From Anthoceros angustus (lineage: Eukaryota > Plantae > Anthocerotophyta): 64,000 nucleotides of DNA. The DNA is taken from NCBI GenBank assembly GCA_010909165.1, contig MU008155.1:868001-932000 (forward strand), written 5' to 3'. Both the position numbers and the translations under genes were made by a program. A model generated the notes under the pieces. It was not told the DNA's origin. It did no database searches and saw only the letters and a list, made by a program, of their open reading frames with translations. Within the stretch, counting starts at the first letter, position 1, and every line of letters begins with the position of its first letter. Below, piece by piece: positions 25,560-38,370 of the stretch.

Positions 25560-28500
25560 GATGCGAATTTGGAAGCCTCACCAATTGTCTCCAAATTTTC
25601 CTAGAGTGCTTCAAGGTCATGCCGCGTGTGGGCTACATCACCGGATTGGGATATTTGGGGTTTTGAACGATTTTGTATGAGCTATGCACATCATACGTTG
25701 GCGTGGAGCACTGCGAAGAAGGAGGGGGAGTCTTTGTATGATTATGTAGAGGGATTTATGGTTACTTCAAGAGAGTACCACCACGTCCGAAGGAGTGACC
25801 TTTTCCGATAAAAGTTCGGGAAGTTCGGAGGGAATGTATGATGCTATAGAAGACGTGGAGCTAGAGTCTGGTAAGATAGCAAGGATTTCTAAGTACCTAG
25901 GTGTAGAGGAGATGGTAGAGTTGAAGAGGTTGCAGGGGAGCAACATGTGAATGAAGGTCTTATTTCTCGACTGAAAACGGCTTGAGGCCACAGATGACCG
26001 ATTTCCTGACGAGGAGTTGGTTGCCACGGCCTGGGTCGAAGGAGGAGGACGTGAGCATGTTGTAGACGGCCTAAGAATTGATCAGCAAGTCTTGTTGCCA
26101 GCAGAGAGGCCAAATGAGCAAGAAGGGAGCGTTGTGCAGGAAAAGCTGCAGCAGGACAATCTGGAAATCCGAGAGAGGATAAGAGGGCGCCAGCATGGGC
26201 GCAAGGAGGAGGCTCCTCAAGTGTGAGCAGTCAGGAGGGCTGCAAGTGGAGGCCACACGTTGGCAAAAGAAAGAAGCAAAAACGGACATGAGAGCACCGT
26301 TTTTGAGCGACGGGAAGGCCCCCACTTGGCGAGGTCAGAAGCCAGGCGCCATGAGGCCGCGAGGAGGAGAAGGCCCTAGGGAGGTGGACACGCCAGAGGG
26401 CGAAGAAGGAGATGCGCTTCATGAAAAGTTTGAGCAGAAACTGCAGCTGGGAGAGTTGGCAGATCTGTGGGCAATCACTCAAAATTCGACCATGGAGGTG
26501 CAGCAAGGCGAGGAGGTCGCCATGGGAGCACGAGCTGGACCTAGACACGAGGCTAGACCAGCAGGAATGGAAGAAATCAAAACGTTGACGGAAGAGGAGC
26601 ATGCAAACGGGCTAAGAAACTTGCAGCATGGACAAAGCAGGGAGAAAATGGATTTGTGAATGGATCAATGCCGTCTGGGGCTGCTGGTAGGCGAGCTAGC
26701 AGGAGGCGACGTGGTATGCTTGGAAGGAGAGGAACGTGGGCAAAGTTTAGGTGTGATTGGCTGCAGCAAGAGGTGTTGCAAGTAGAAGGGCCAAGTGTCC
26801 ATGGAAGGGGTTTTGTGGGGGTTTCGCAGGAGGTCAATCTAAGAGTTCGAGATGAAGCAAAGAAGTGGCAACATGTGTACAAGGAGAACGAGGAGCTCTA
26901 AGGGTGAGCAATGAGGGCTGCAAGCGGAGGCCATGATGGTGGCAAGGAGCGATGGAGAAAATTGCAAGAAATCGCAATTTGGAGGAAGGAGAGGTGGCAC
27001 ACAAAATGGTGTGTCTGAGAAGGTGTGTGCACTGGAGCCTAGGAGCGAGGACGGCTCTATGGTGCCATGTATGAAGGAGGATTGTGGAGAAATCACACCT
27101 CAAGGTGTGCTTGCAGTGGAATTGCAGGAGGAGCATCGACCGATTCTTGGTCGATTGCAAATTGCTGCCAAGAAACCGCAGCAAGGTGAGGAGGTCGCTA
27201 CTAGAGCGTGATCTAGGGCTAGTCATGAGACTAGAGAGCATAGAGATGAAGGGGTGGCGATGATGCCAATAGATGCAGTCGACGACTGCAGACGCAGATG
27301 CAAAGCATTGACGGCAGGAGAAGCTAGTTTTGTGAATCGAGTTGAAGGCGGGGCTGGCCACACCGACATCCACCGTGAACAAGCTAGAGGGAAACGCGAG
27401 GTGTGCATGGGAAGAGGAGGATGGAACGTGAAGGACTCCCATGTCCACGTTATTTGTTGAGGTACGAAATTTCTTGGATCACGGAATCATGCTTGATGCT
27501 TGTCTAGGGAAGGGCGTGCTTTTTCTTCATAAACCGCACCCTAATGTCTACGAAAGGAGTCTTATACAAGCTTGGTCCGGATGAGAAAATTTGACGTTGT
27601 TTGAAGCGAAGGAAGCTTCGCTTGTCACACAAGCTCTGCATGCAAAAGAGGCTGGAGAGCATTACTTGGTGCAAATCATGGTGAAGCAGATCCTGGATGC
27701 AGGCTTTTGGTGGGCTACGATGCACGGAGATGTGTGGGATTTTGGTTGGAATTATGTGATGCATGCCAGCGGGTTGGGAGTCCGACTTTTTCGATACAGT
27801 GGCCTCTTACTTACATTCTGCTATTGGCACCGTTCGAGAAGTGGGGCTTAGACTTTGTGGGTCCAATCAAGCCACCCACAAAATGGACAAGGAAACAATA
27901 TATCTTGGTGGCAACGGACTATTGCACAAAGATGGTGGAGGCTGAAGCAACAAGGAAGGATGATGCACCCTACAGTAAGTTTCTCGAGAACATCATAGAT
28001 TGGACAGAGGAGAAGGCCCTAGGGAGGTGGACAGAGGGCGAAGAAGGAGATGCGCTTCATGAAAAGTTTGAGCAGAAATTGCAGAAGGGAGAGTTGGCAG
28101 ATCTGTGGGCAATCACTCAAAATTCGACCATGGAGGTGCAGCAAGGCGAGGAGGTCGCCATGGGAGCACGAGCTGGACCTAGACACGAGGCTAGACCAGC
28201 AGGAATGGAAGAAATCAGAACGTTGTCGGAGGAGGAGCATGCAAACGGGCAGTGCTAAGAAACTTGCAAAAGATGGACAAAGGGAGAAAATGGATTTGTG
28301 AATGGATCAACGCCGTCTGGGCTGCTGGTAGGCGAGCAAGAGGCAACGTGGTATGCTTGGAAGGAGAGGAACGTGGGCAAAGTTTAGGTGTGATTGGCTG
28401 CAGCAAGAGGTGTTGCAAGTAGAAGGGCCAAGTGTCCATGGAAGGGGTTTTGTGTGGCCGCAGGAGGTCAATCTAAGAGTTCGAGATGAAGCAAAGAAGT

Positions 28501-30075
28501 GGCAACATGTGTACAAGGAGAATGAGGAGTGCTCTCTAAGGGTGAGCAGTCGAGGGCTGCAAGCGGAGGCCATGATGGTGGCAAGGAGCGATGGAGAAAA
28601 TTGAAATCGCAATTTGGAGGAAGGAGAGGTGGCACACAAAAATGAGAAGGTGTGTGCACTGGAGCCTAGGAGCGAGGATGGCTCTATGCTGACGTGTATG
28701 AAGGAGGATTGTGGAGAAATCACACCTCAAGGTGTGCTTGCAGTGGAATTGCAAGGAGGAGCATCGACCGATTCTTGGTCGACCGCAAATTGCTGCCAAG
28801 AAACTGCAGCAAGGTGAGGAGGTCGCTACTAGAGCGTGATCTAGGGCTAGTCATGAGACTAGGGAGCATAGAGATGAAGGGGTGGCGATGATGCCAATAG
28901 ATGCACAGGTCGACGACCTGCAGGCACGGATGCTTGCAGCATTGACGCTGCAGGAGAAGCTAGTTTTGTGAACTGAGTTGAAGGCGGGGCTGTGGCCACA
29001 CCACCGACATCCACTAGTGAACAAGCTAGAGGGAAACGGCGAGGTGTGCATGGGAAGAGGAGGATGGAACGTGAAGGACTCCCATGTCCACGTTATTTGT
29101 TGAACATTGAGGTACGAAATTTCTTGGATCACGGAATCATGCTTGACAGTTTGTCTAGGGAAGGGCGTGCTGTTTTTCTTCACAAAACCGCACCCTAATG
29201 TCTACGAAAGGGAGTCTTATACAATCTTGGTCCGGATGAGAAAATTTGACGTTGTTTGGAAGCGAAGGAAGCTTCGCTTGTCACAGAAGCTCTGCATGCA
29301 AAAGAGGCTGGAGAGCATTACTTGGTGCAAATCATGGTGAAGCAGATCCTGGATGGAGGCTTTTGGTGGCTACGATGCGAGATGTGTGGGATTTTGGTTG
29401 GAATTATGTGATGCATGCCGGTTGGGAGTCCGACTTTTTCATACAGGGCCTCTTACTTACATCTCGCTGAGAAGTGAGAAGACTTTGTGGGTCCAATCAA
29501 GCCACCCACAAAATGGACAAGGAAACAATATATCTTGGTGGCAATGGACTATTGCACAAAGATGGTGGAGGTCAAGCAACAAGGAAGGATGATGCATCAA
29601 GGGCGAAGTTTCTCATCGAGAACATCATAGATTGGACAGGGAGAAGGTGACAACAAAGAAGACTCCATATTATTTAACATATGGCATGTCTCCTGTGATG
29701 CCCGTGGAATTTGAAGTACCTATCTAAAGGATTATGGAGGATGAACGTAGAGGATAGCCGGGTAGCTAGGTTAGAATATTTCATAGAACAGGAGGAGCAT
29801 AGGGAGGAAGCTTTAGAAGGAACCCAGCGAATTCAAGAAATCCGAAAGGATAGGCATGATGGGAAGTTGAGGAAGCAAGAGACTATCGTGGCCGGGGATT
29901 TAGTTCTTCTATATGATAGCCGTTATATGGACTTCCCAGGGAAGCTTAGGTTGAGGTGGATGGGACCTTCTCGTGGTGGTAGTATATGTGAATGGATCCG
30001 CAATCGAAAGTCTTTGGATGGGGATTCGCCAACTATGGTGAATGGGTGGAAGATTAAGAAGTACCTTCAACCCGA
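25560..30075 (+). pseudogene. Internal coding remnants of C: gag fragment plus integrase; no protease, RT or RNase H recognised
   Basis: KEGESLYDYVEGF (gag); QALH..EAGEH..ILDAGFWWATMH..CDACQRVG (HHCC); APFEKWGLDFVGPI..YILVATDYCTKMVEA; then a jump to KVTTKKTPYYLTYG..PVEFEVP and GKLRLRWMGP..VNGWKIKKY. 26367-28030 is duplicated. Confidence 0.85.
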
Positions 30076-30113
30076 GTCTGTTTGCGAGGACGCAAACAGT
30101 GAGGTGGGGAGTA

Positions 30114-33100
30114 TGTGGGCAAAGTTTGGGCAACCAGCCCAAAAGAGCCCCGAGAAGACAAGTTTGATTTTTTGGCTAGAACGATTGAAGAGGAGCATGC
30201 GAAATTTTCCGAGAATCTTGAAGCGGAGTTGTAGGATATTGTTAGAAGGCGAAGAGGATATCCGAGGAAGAAGAACGGGTCAAAACGACCCCGTGCAAGG
30301 CGTAATGGCACCGAAGGGCGGTAGGTCGAGACTACGCCGTAGGCACTACCACACAGTGAGGGTGGCGGACTACCGGGTAGGTGGCAATCTCGGCCAAAAG
30401 GGAAATTAGGATAGGGAGATATCCACTATATATGCCCACCAATAGTGGACTAGATAAATGGGTCGAATAGGAAATTAAAAGCTAGATTGGGCCGTTAGGA
30501 AACTAGGGGAAATAGTATCTTAGTATAAGAGGAATTGGGAAACTCAATCAATCAGAAAAGGTGCCACGTGGTGCATATCCAAGGGCGAGTAGATTGGTAG
30601 TTACCATTCCTAACCCCAAGTTATCTTTATAATCACTGCATGTGTAGGAGGTCACAACTTGAAGGTGAGGAAGCGCCAACACTGCAGAAGGCGCCACACC
30701 AAGAGTCAGAAGAGCCCCACACGTGTACGTGTTGCGAGGATAGAGAAGAGGGTGCAAGCTAGGCAGCAGAGGAGGAAAATAGGCAAGACAAGTAGGGTGC
30801 AACAAGAGAAGAAGAAGGAAGGAAAGGGCCGGGTGGAAGGAAGAAGGCAATGCTTGCCCAAGCCCAAAGGAGTGTTGGGAAGAGCAAGGCATGTCAAAAT
30901 TGAAGAGAAATTGCGGAGAAGGGACTCTCAACTTGCTGGAGAAGATGTAAGAATCTGAACCTTAGAGAATTCCTTCTTTGAAATCACAGAATTGGAAACT
31001 CGTGGAAAAGCAAGGGTATAAGAGCTGGAATTGTGAGCAAGGCGAGGTCAAGGCCGGGTGTGTGTGGAAATTGCAAGGAGCTGGAAGGTTCTTGGCATCC
31101 ATTCAAGATTGTCCATCTCGAGGCCAAGCATGGAAAGACCATTGCCTTTTATGTTGAGGACGAGGCATCGTCAAGCTGCAGCATCAAGGCTGGAGGACTG
31201 CGAAGGAAGAGGAGGAGGAAGCGGTGGTAGAACCCGAGGGGTTGCACGGGAGGAGGAGGAAACCTCCATGAGCGAGCCCCGAGAGGAGCTCAAGAGATGC
31301 AGCCGGATAGGGCCAAATGGTGTATAGGGGACGCCTACCATGGTAGGTGCACACCCTACCGTGATAGGAACAACACGTACAAGGGTGAGTGGGTACCCAC
31401 TATAGCGGTACCCAAAGACCGTAGGTAGGCAGCCTCGTTAGGTAGGCAGCACAGCAGGAAGGGAATTGGAGTGCCTAGCACATGTTGCGGGTGAAGGCCA
31501 CAAGGCGAAGGATGAAGAAGATAGAGAGCTGAGTTATGGTGCACCAATGCTAGTCATTTGCAAGAGGAGGCCATGGCGTCAAGCATGTGGAAGTACTTGC
31601 GTGGAGTAATGATGTGAGGATGGCATGATAGGGCCGTGTCGAACTAGGAGAGGCCATGGTAGAGCTCTCATGGCAAGCTGAATTTGTTGGCTGCAAGATG
31701 GAGGTGGCACACAGAAGGCGTATTGCGGATGGGCTGCAATATGGTGAAGGAATCGCAATGGGGTGTGCATCATGAAGGCAAAATTCAGCGCTGCAAGTAG
31801 GTGTGAAGGGAGGTCGTTGTGGTGGCCGCGAGGAGAATTGGGCAGCAAGGTAGGCTGATTCGAGAGTTGGTCAAGGAGTTCGCTAAGGAGAAATGTAGAG
31901 AAGAGCTTGGTGAGGAGTTCAATAACGAATGACTAAAATGTATGTGGCAACATGCACAAGGAACTTGGTGTGTTGGATATGGGGGTATAAGAACTCCAGA
32001 GTTAAGCGTCCTATGGGCGGATCAGTACTCAGATGGGGTGCCTTTTGTGTGAGGAGTATGAGCTTATATTTGCAAAAGACACACGGGAGCTGATTGGGAA
32101 AGTTCTTAGTAGGGGGTTGCAGGCGCAGCCCGGCGCACGGATTTTGGAGGCTGAGGATTGAGCTTTTTCCTTGGGTTTTGTTGGGTAGGATGGTCTCTAT
32201 GGGAGCGCCTAGGGCCAAGGAGATGCAGGGAATGTTGCTCTTGCACAAGAGCTGAAGGATTGATGACTTAAGAGCCTTCTTGGTGCAAACCAACTAGGGT
32301 CTTGAATTTGTGCAAGATGGATGGAAAGGATCCTTAGATTCATGGTGGGGATTGATGGCTACGATAGAAATTAGAGGTTATGGCTGGGTTGCGAAATAAT
32401 GGATGGGATATGGCCACATGCTTGCAGCAACCACTCAAATCTATGGCTGCAATTTAGGAGCTCTGTTGCTATAATTGTCGCATGAGAAGACTGGAGCGCT
32501 GTCTAAAAGTGCAGAGAGGGGAGTGAGCTAGAGCTTGTGTGTGCCTCCGCAGTGTGTGTGCCTTCTTAAGAGTGATGCCGCCATCTCCTCTTGGTGTTCT
32601 CTTTTCTTGTGGCACCAATTTCTTGGGTCTTGTGTGCCTTGGCTTGGTTTTGAGAGTGAATTTCTTCTAAGAGGGACGTCCTTAGTGTTCTTGGTGCTTA
32701 GCTTGGTGTTTGTTCTCCTCATGGGATTGCTAAGAGCCAAGTGCAAGGATGAGGCGGTTCGAGGAAGCCAGTGTGGATGCCGTGAAGGGTTTCAAGGCCA
32801 AGAAACCCCAACTCATGAAGCGCATGGTGGTAGTTTGGAGTGTAAACCCATTGCCAAAAATATTGGGCGATGGCATGGTGTGTGTGGAGGCCTACAATAA
32901 TTGTGAAGAGGAGGATGCTTGGGCCACACGATGATGATAGGGAGGCCCTCGTGCATTAAGCCGGGGCCTTAGATTTTGATGAGGTCACAAGCGATATGGA
33001 CTCCGAGGAGTTTGGAGAAGAAATGGCGAGAGAGGAGCCCCAGTGCCATAAGGAAGCAGGGAGGAAGAAGGCAACCTACCACGGTAGGGGAGGCAGCCTA

Positions 33101-34916
33101 CCGCCTGGGGAGGCGATGGTAGGGAGGCAGCCGTGCAGCCTATCCACGTGACGGTCGTCAAGGAGGCAATGGATGCAAGTGCTGTTGAGGGGAGTGCGAT
33201 GGTAGGGGAGGCAAGTACTTTGGCCCCCACAGGAGATGTTAAGGAGGAGGTTGTCTCCCTAGGAGGGAACGAAAAATCACAAGGAGGAGCTCAACCTACC
33301 AACATAAGTGCAGGAGCAAGGAGGTCACTTGTTCCACAAGTGAAGGAGAGGGGGATGAGTCCTCGGCGCCAAAGGAAGGAGATGGCGCAGGGAGCAAGGT
33401 AGGGGGTCACCCTACCACGGTAGGTGACCACCCTACCACGGTAGTCTGCCAGACTACCGTGGTGGTATGGAAGAATCGGGGCCTACGGAGTGGGAAGAAG
33501 GGCGGGAAGGTGCCCCAAAGGTCGGAGGCGGGAAGGTAATTGCCCCGTGGGAAGGGCGGGAAGGTAATTGCCCCAAAGGTCGGGAAGGGCGGGAAGGTGG
33601 TGCCCCAGGTCGGAAGGGGAGGCGGTGGTGCCCCAAAGTCGAGGTGCCCCAAAGTCATGAGGGGTCGAGGTCAAAGACCAGGAAAAAGGGAAGACCAGCA
33701 GAAAAGGGGATGAGAAGACCAATCAAGGGAACCCGCCGCCACCCTGATAAGGACTAAGAATGGTCAAAGACCATAGGCTTTAGGAGGAATAATAGAAAGG
33801 ATAGGTGGCGATGGTGAGACATCCTTTAAGGATGATCTTAGGTGAAGTTGCTAGAATAGAATTTACCAAGGACCGACAATGAACTTAGATGCGGTCTTAA
33901 ATCTTGGTAGGAAATGATAAAATATTGGAAAAGGTGACTGCGGTAGGGTCACCTGTGGAGGTGTATGTGGAAGGCCTCCTATAAGGAGGAGGATTTCACA
34001 AAGTAAAGTATCATGTCTTGCGCTTCCGCTCATCAGTCCTTTGCCATTCTGAATTTCGTCGTGAGCCAACACAGTAGAGAGGAAGTCGCGGTGGTCGGAG
34101 TGCTTGGTGGAGGACTTGCTTGCAAGTGCCTAAACGAGTTGCTCCCCTTGTGAATGGTTCTTTGTGAAATTGCTTTGCTTTGGGTGTGTGGCAAATGCCC
34201 GGAGAACTCTCGGCTTGAGGGTAGACTGGGAAAGACTCCTGGAGGTTCTCATTGTGTCAAACTCATAGCAACCGCCCAAGGAAGAACTTGCTGGTGGAGG
34301 CGGACCCAGGCGGTTGTGCCGTGAGGGGCGGTCGAAAGAAGTCGGCGAGGTTAGAATAGGAGGAAGAGGATGAGGAGATGAGAAGATGAGTAGAGGATTA
34401 GAGGTGTAGGTGTTAGTGGAAGGCCACTGTGAGCCTAAGGGACGAATCCCAAACTGCAAGTAAAAGAGCTCCACAGGTGGAAGTTTGGTCTTAGAAGTAG
34501 GGACGAAATCGCGGTGTGAGAGTCCCCGGCGCCGTGGTAGGCTCCTTCTTGCTGAGGCGGACCCGCAATTGTGTTGTGTCGTTGTAGGTCGAGTTTGGTC
34601 TTAGAAGTAGGGACGAAATCGCGGTGTGAGTCGGGGGTCCTGGGCGCCGTGGTAGGCTCCTTCTTCGAGGCGGGACCTCTTGTTTTGTGTCGTTGTAGGT
34701 CGAGGGTTGGCGATTTTCGAGGCAAGTGGTCTTGCAACGAGAGGAGTAGTGGGCGCCTTGCTTGTTGAGAAGGTGAGGTTGCGGTGTATTGGTGACCACA
34801 AGGCCTCGAATTTTCACACAAGTCTCATGGGACGAAACCCAACGTCTGAGCGGCAGTGGGATAAGTGTGGCCGCTTATAGTGGGAGGACCTCGAGTGCCC
34901 CGTTCTCCCTACCACA
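30114..34916 (+). repeat. 3' LTR of element C
   Basis: Colinear with 16170-23316 once the internal duplications of the 5' copy are ignored; TG..CA ends; ~110-bp TTTGGTCTTAGAAGTAGGGACGAA repeats near the end. Confidence 0.9.
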
Positions 34917-34921
34917 CGCCA

Positions 34922-37900
34922 AAGATCCGGCACAATTAGAAGCAAGAAGAGTGAGCCTTCCCCACAACAAACCCAGTGAATATGGTGGCCATGGTTGGAC
35001 CCGGTGGTGACTCGAGATAGAAATTGCGGATGTGTAATCAAGAAGGTGCCGCTAGATTGGGTCGAGGGGGTCAACATCATGACTGAAGACACCGCCCGGA
35101 AGCTTGGGTTGCAAATAGAACATACGACAAAGGTGCTGCGACTGGCGAACATGTCCAAAATGGCACCGGTGGGGGAGTTGACGGGAGTCCTAACCCATAT
35201 TGGTACCATTCCGTACCTCATGGACTATGTGGTCATTAAACAAAAAGCGGATATGAGGTTCTCATTGGACGTACGTGGATGTATGGGGCCCGTTGCACCT
35301 TCAAATGGGCAAGGAAGGAAGTGGGGTTCAAACCTTTGGACTGGGATCCCAAAATTAAGGAGGGAAGGATATGTTTGACTTGGAGATAAATGCAGGGGGG
35401 ACACCACAAGCGGAGGGATACACCTCTGCAGATACCCTCAGGGGAGGATGAGAAGGAAATTCCCATTCGCACATATTTCGTGGTCGGATGAAGAGGGCGA
35501 TTACGGAGGATATTCCCATTCCATCAGCCTATTGGGTTGCTATGGAGTCACAGTTGACGGTGATGGGGTGAAGAGGATCGGGCGAGAAAGGGACGGTCGA
35601 GGAGCAGGAGTGGCGGTGGCGGCGGAGCGTGGACAAACGGAGGACCGGAGGGTGTCACACGTTTCACCTCAGACGATCTATTCAGGGAATGGGGAATGCG
35701 GGAAGGCGAACCAAGACAGCCGGAGGAAGGGTTCGAATCACATCCGCCGTGGAAAGAGAGTGGAATGAGACGGATGAGGTCAAGGACGTGGAGGTGTTGC
35801 AGGAAGGTCCTTAAGTTTTCGAGCAGGATGAATACGAGACTTGGAAAGGGGATGAAGCTTGTTGGCGGAATTCATCCATGTTTTTGCTTTTGACGTTACG
35901 GACATGAAGGGTATCACAGGAGTGGGGAGCACAAGATTGATCTCGAGCGGGCCGTGCGGTCAGGATACGCAATACAAGCTAAATCCAAAGTATTTGAAGG
36001 TAAAGGAACAATTTGGAGCTTTACTTGTGGGCGTCATATATCCTATTGTGACATCGGTGGGTAGCCCCAATTGTGGTGGTTCCCAAGAAGAAGGGAAGAT
36101 CACAGATGCATCGGGATTGGAGGAAGTTAAACAAGGTGACCAAAAAAGACCACTACCCGCTTCCATTCATAGACAACATACTGGACTTAGTTGCAGGGAG
36201 AATGGTCTACTCGTTCCTGGATGGGTATTCGGGGTATAATCAGCTGCATCTCAGGGAGAGTGATTGGCCACTTTCACTACCCTCGGGAACCTATGCCTAC
36301 AAAGCGCGTTCGGATTAAGCACAGGATCCTTCATGCACGATTGTCAAGATTTTCAAGGAATACCTTAGGGACTTCATGGAGGTCTTCTGGATGACCTGCG
36401 TGTTTGGGCGGTGAAGATCACCACCAACCACCTTCAAATGTTTGGAGCGGTGTCATGAGACTGTGTCTACATCCCGAGAAATGTTATTTCGGCATGCGGA
36501 GGGTATTTTGTTGGGGCACCGCATTTGCGGGGATAGAGGTCGACCGGATAAGGTCAAAATCATCACCGCCTCAAGCCACCTACCACCTTTGAAGAGCTTA
36601 GGGATTCCTCGGGATGGTAGGCTATTATCGAAGGTTTGTGAAGAATTTCTCCGGGGCAGCGCTTCTGAGGCCCGCAAGGACCGGGAGTGGGAATGGGCCT
36701 TGAAAAGCAGAGGAGGCCTTCAATGATCTTGAACCACCACAGTCCACGGCACCCACTGCTGCGGGCCGGGAGCAAGAAATTCCACGTGTTTGTAGGCGTT
36801 TGACTGCAATCGGTACCATTCTAAGCCAAAGGGATGACAAACACGATTATCAATCTATTATGGGAGCAGCTCAGAAGAAAATATACCACCCAAGAGGGCT
36901 AGGGATGGTATACTCGGTTATAAGTTCGTCACTATTTGCTATCCTCTGAGTTCGTCTTCCATGTGGACCACTTCGCCTCAAACACAGTAAACAAAAGCGG
37001 CGCGGGCGCCAGATGGATCCTACTCCTCAGAATTCACGTTCACGGTGGAGACAAGGGAGGTAGTAAACATGTGAATGCATTACATATCAAGAGGCGAGGT
37101 GGTTACACGGGACCGAGCAGCGATTTTCCCGATGAAGCTTTGTTCAGCGGAGTTAGAGGCAGCGGCAGATCATAAGGCGAGGTAAATGGTGGCTCGGCGG
37201 AAATGAGAAGGGGAGAGCAGGATACACAGGCCCCACCAGGAGATGATGGAATTCACAGCAGGAAGAATACCACGGATCTTTCGAAACCCGCGTTTGTGCA
37301 CTATTCGCGTCCGTTTATGCAAGACAATTGTACCGTCGGGACCGGATGGACGGGACAGGTTATGGGTAACAAGGGAGCAGTTATCGAGTCTTGTGAGATG
37401 CACGAGGAGAAGCGGGGACATTTTGCACATATCACGTGCAAGAAGGTGCTTGAAATATTGGTGGCAAACCATGCATCGGGATGCTAAGGAGTTTGTTAAG
37501 CGTTGCACAGTCGGAGGGTTGGGAAAACCATCCGCAACCACTCAATGGCCAATGGTTCCGATATTGGATGGCGCCATTCGAGAAATGGGGAATAGATTTT
37601 GTTGGTCCCATCCTGACCAAAAGGCAGCGACAAAACCAATACATCCTCGTGGCCACCGACTATTGCAGCGTATGGTGGAAGCCGCACTCGGTGACACGGC
37701 TCATGGTGGCCAGTTCCTCTATGAGCAGTTATCACTCGATACATGTCCCTTGGGCTTATCGGTGACGGAGGTCACAGTCATGAAGTTATTTCTCATATGA
37801 CGATCTACTTCAACGTTAAGCACGGAAAGCGACTCCTTATAATCCCAAGGCAAATGGGCTAACGGAGGCGAATGGGCTCTTGTGCGGGATCCTCAACAAA

Positions 37901-38370
37901 CTAACGGTGGAATATGCGTCTTGGGATCTTAAGCTTCACTCCGCTCTGGGCATGGAGAGCAGAAAAGACACGCAACAAACACCGTACTACCTCACCTCGG
38001 CCATTCTCCGGTAATGCTGAGTTTGAAATTCCTACCTGCATCCGGAAACTAACCGCATGGCGGTGGGGAAAGTCATTTGGAGCGCTGTGACTGCTAAACA
38101 CACAGGATAGGGAACAGGCGTTGATCGTCATGCGAGGATATCGGAAAATATGGCATGACAATCGGTTGCGGAAGCAAGAGTGGGTAGTTCCGTGACTTGC
38201 GCCTGCATGCGACAATAGGTATATGCACTTTCCGGGAAGCTCCACCGATGGATGGGGCCATATAGAGTTCTCAAGTCTTCACCAATGGCTCGTCAATGCA
38301 AGAGTTAGGTGGACCTCCACTACCAACCCGGTCAATGGGTGGAGGATCAAGAAGTATTATACATAAGTTG
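34922..38370 (+). pseudogene. Pol of element B: protease, RT, RNase H, integrase (gypsy order), heavily frameshifted
   Basis: LD..GVNIMTEDTARKLGL (protease); EFIHVFAFDVTDMKGI, DWRKLNKVTKKDHYPLPFID, FLDGYSGYNQ, MEVF.DD (RT); LGMVGYYRRFVKNF; APFEKWGIDFVGPI, TPYNPKANG, WMGPYRV, VNGWRIKKYY (integrase). 37488-38528 is repeated at 38523-39548. Confidence 0.93.

Larger units (their letters stand above)
16170..34916 (+). mobile_element. Gypsy family C, complete-ended non-autonomous element with ~4.8-kb LTRs and TSD CGCCA
   Basis: CGCCA at 16165-16169 and 34917-34921. LTRs TGTGG...CTACCACA at 16170-23316 (end repeated at 24604) and 30114-34916. PBS after the 5' LTR, PPT GAGGTGGGGAG at 30101-30111. 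Removing it rejoins B gag to B protease. Confidence 0.93.
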
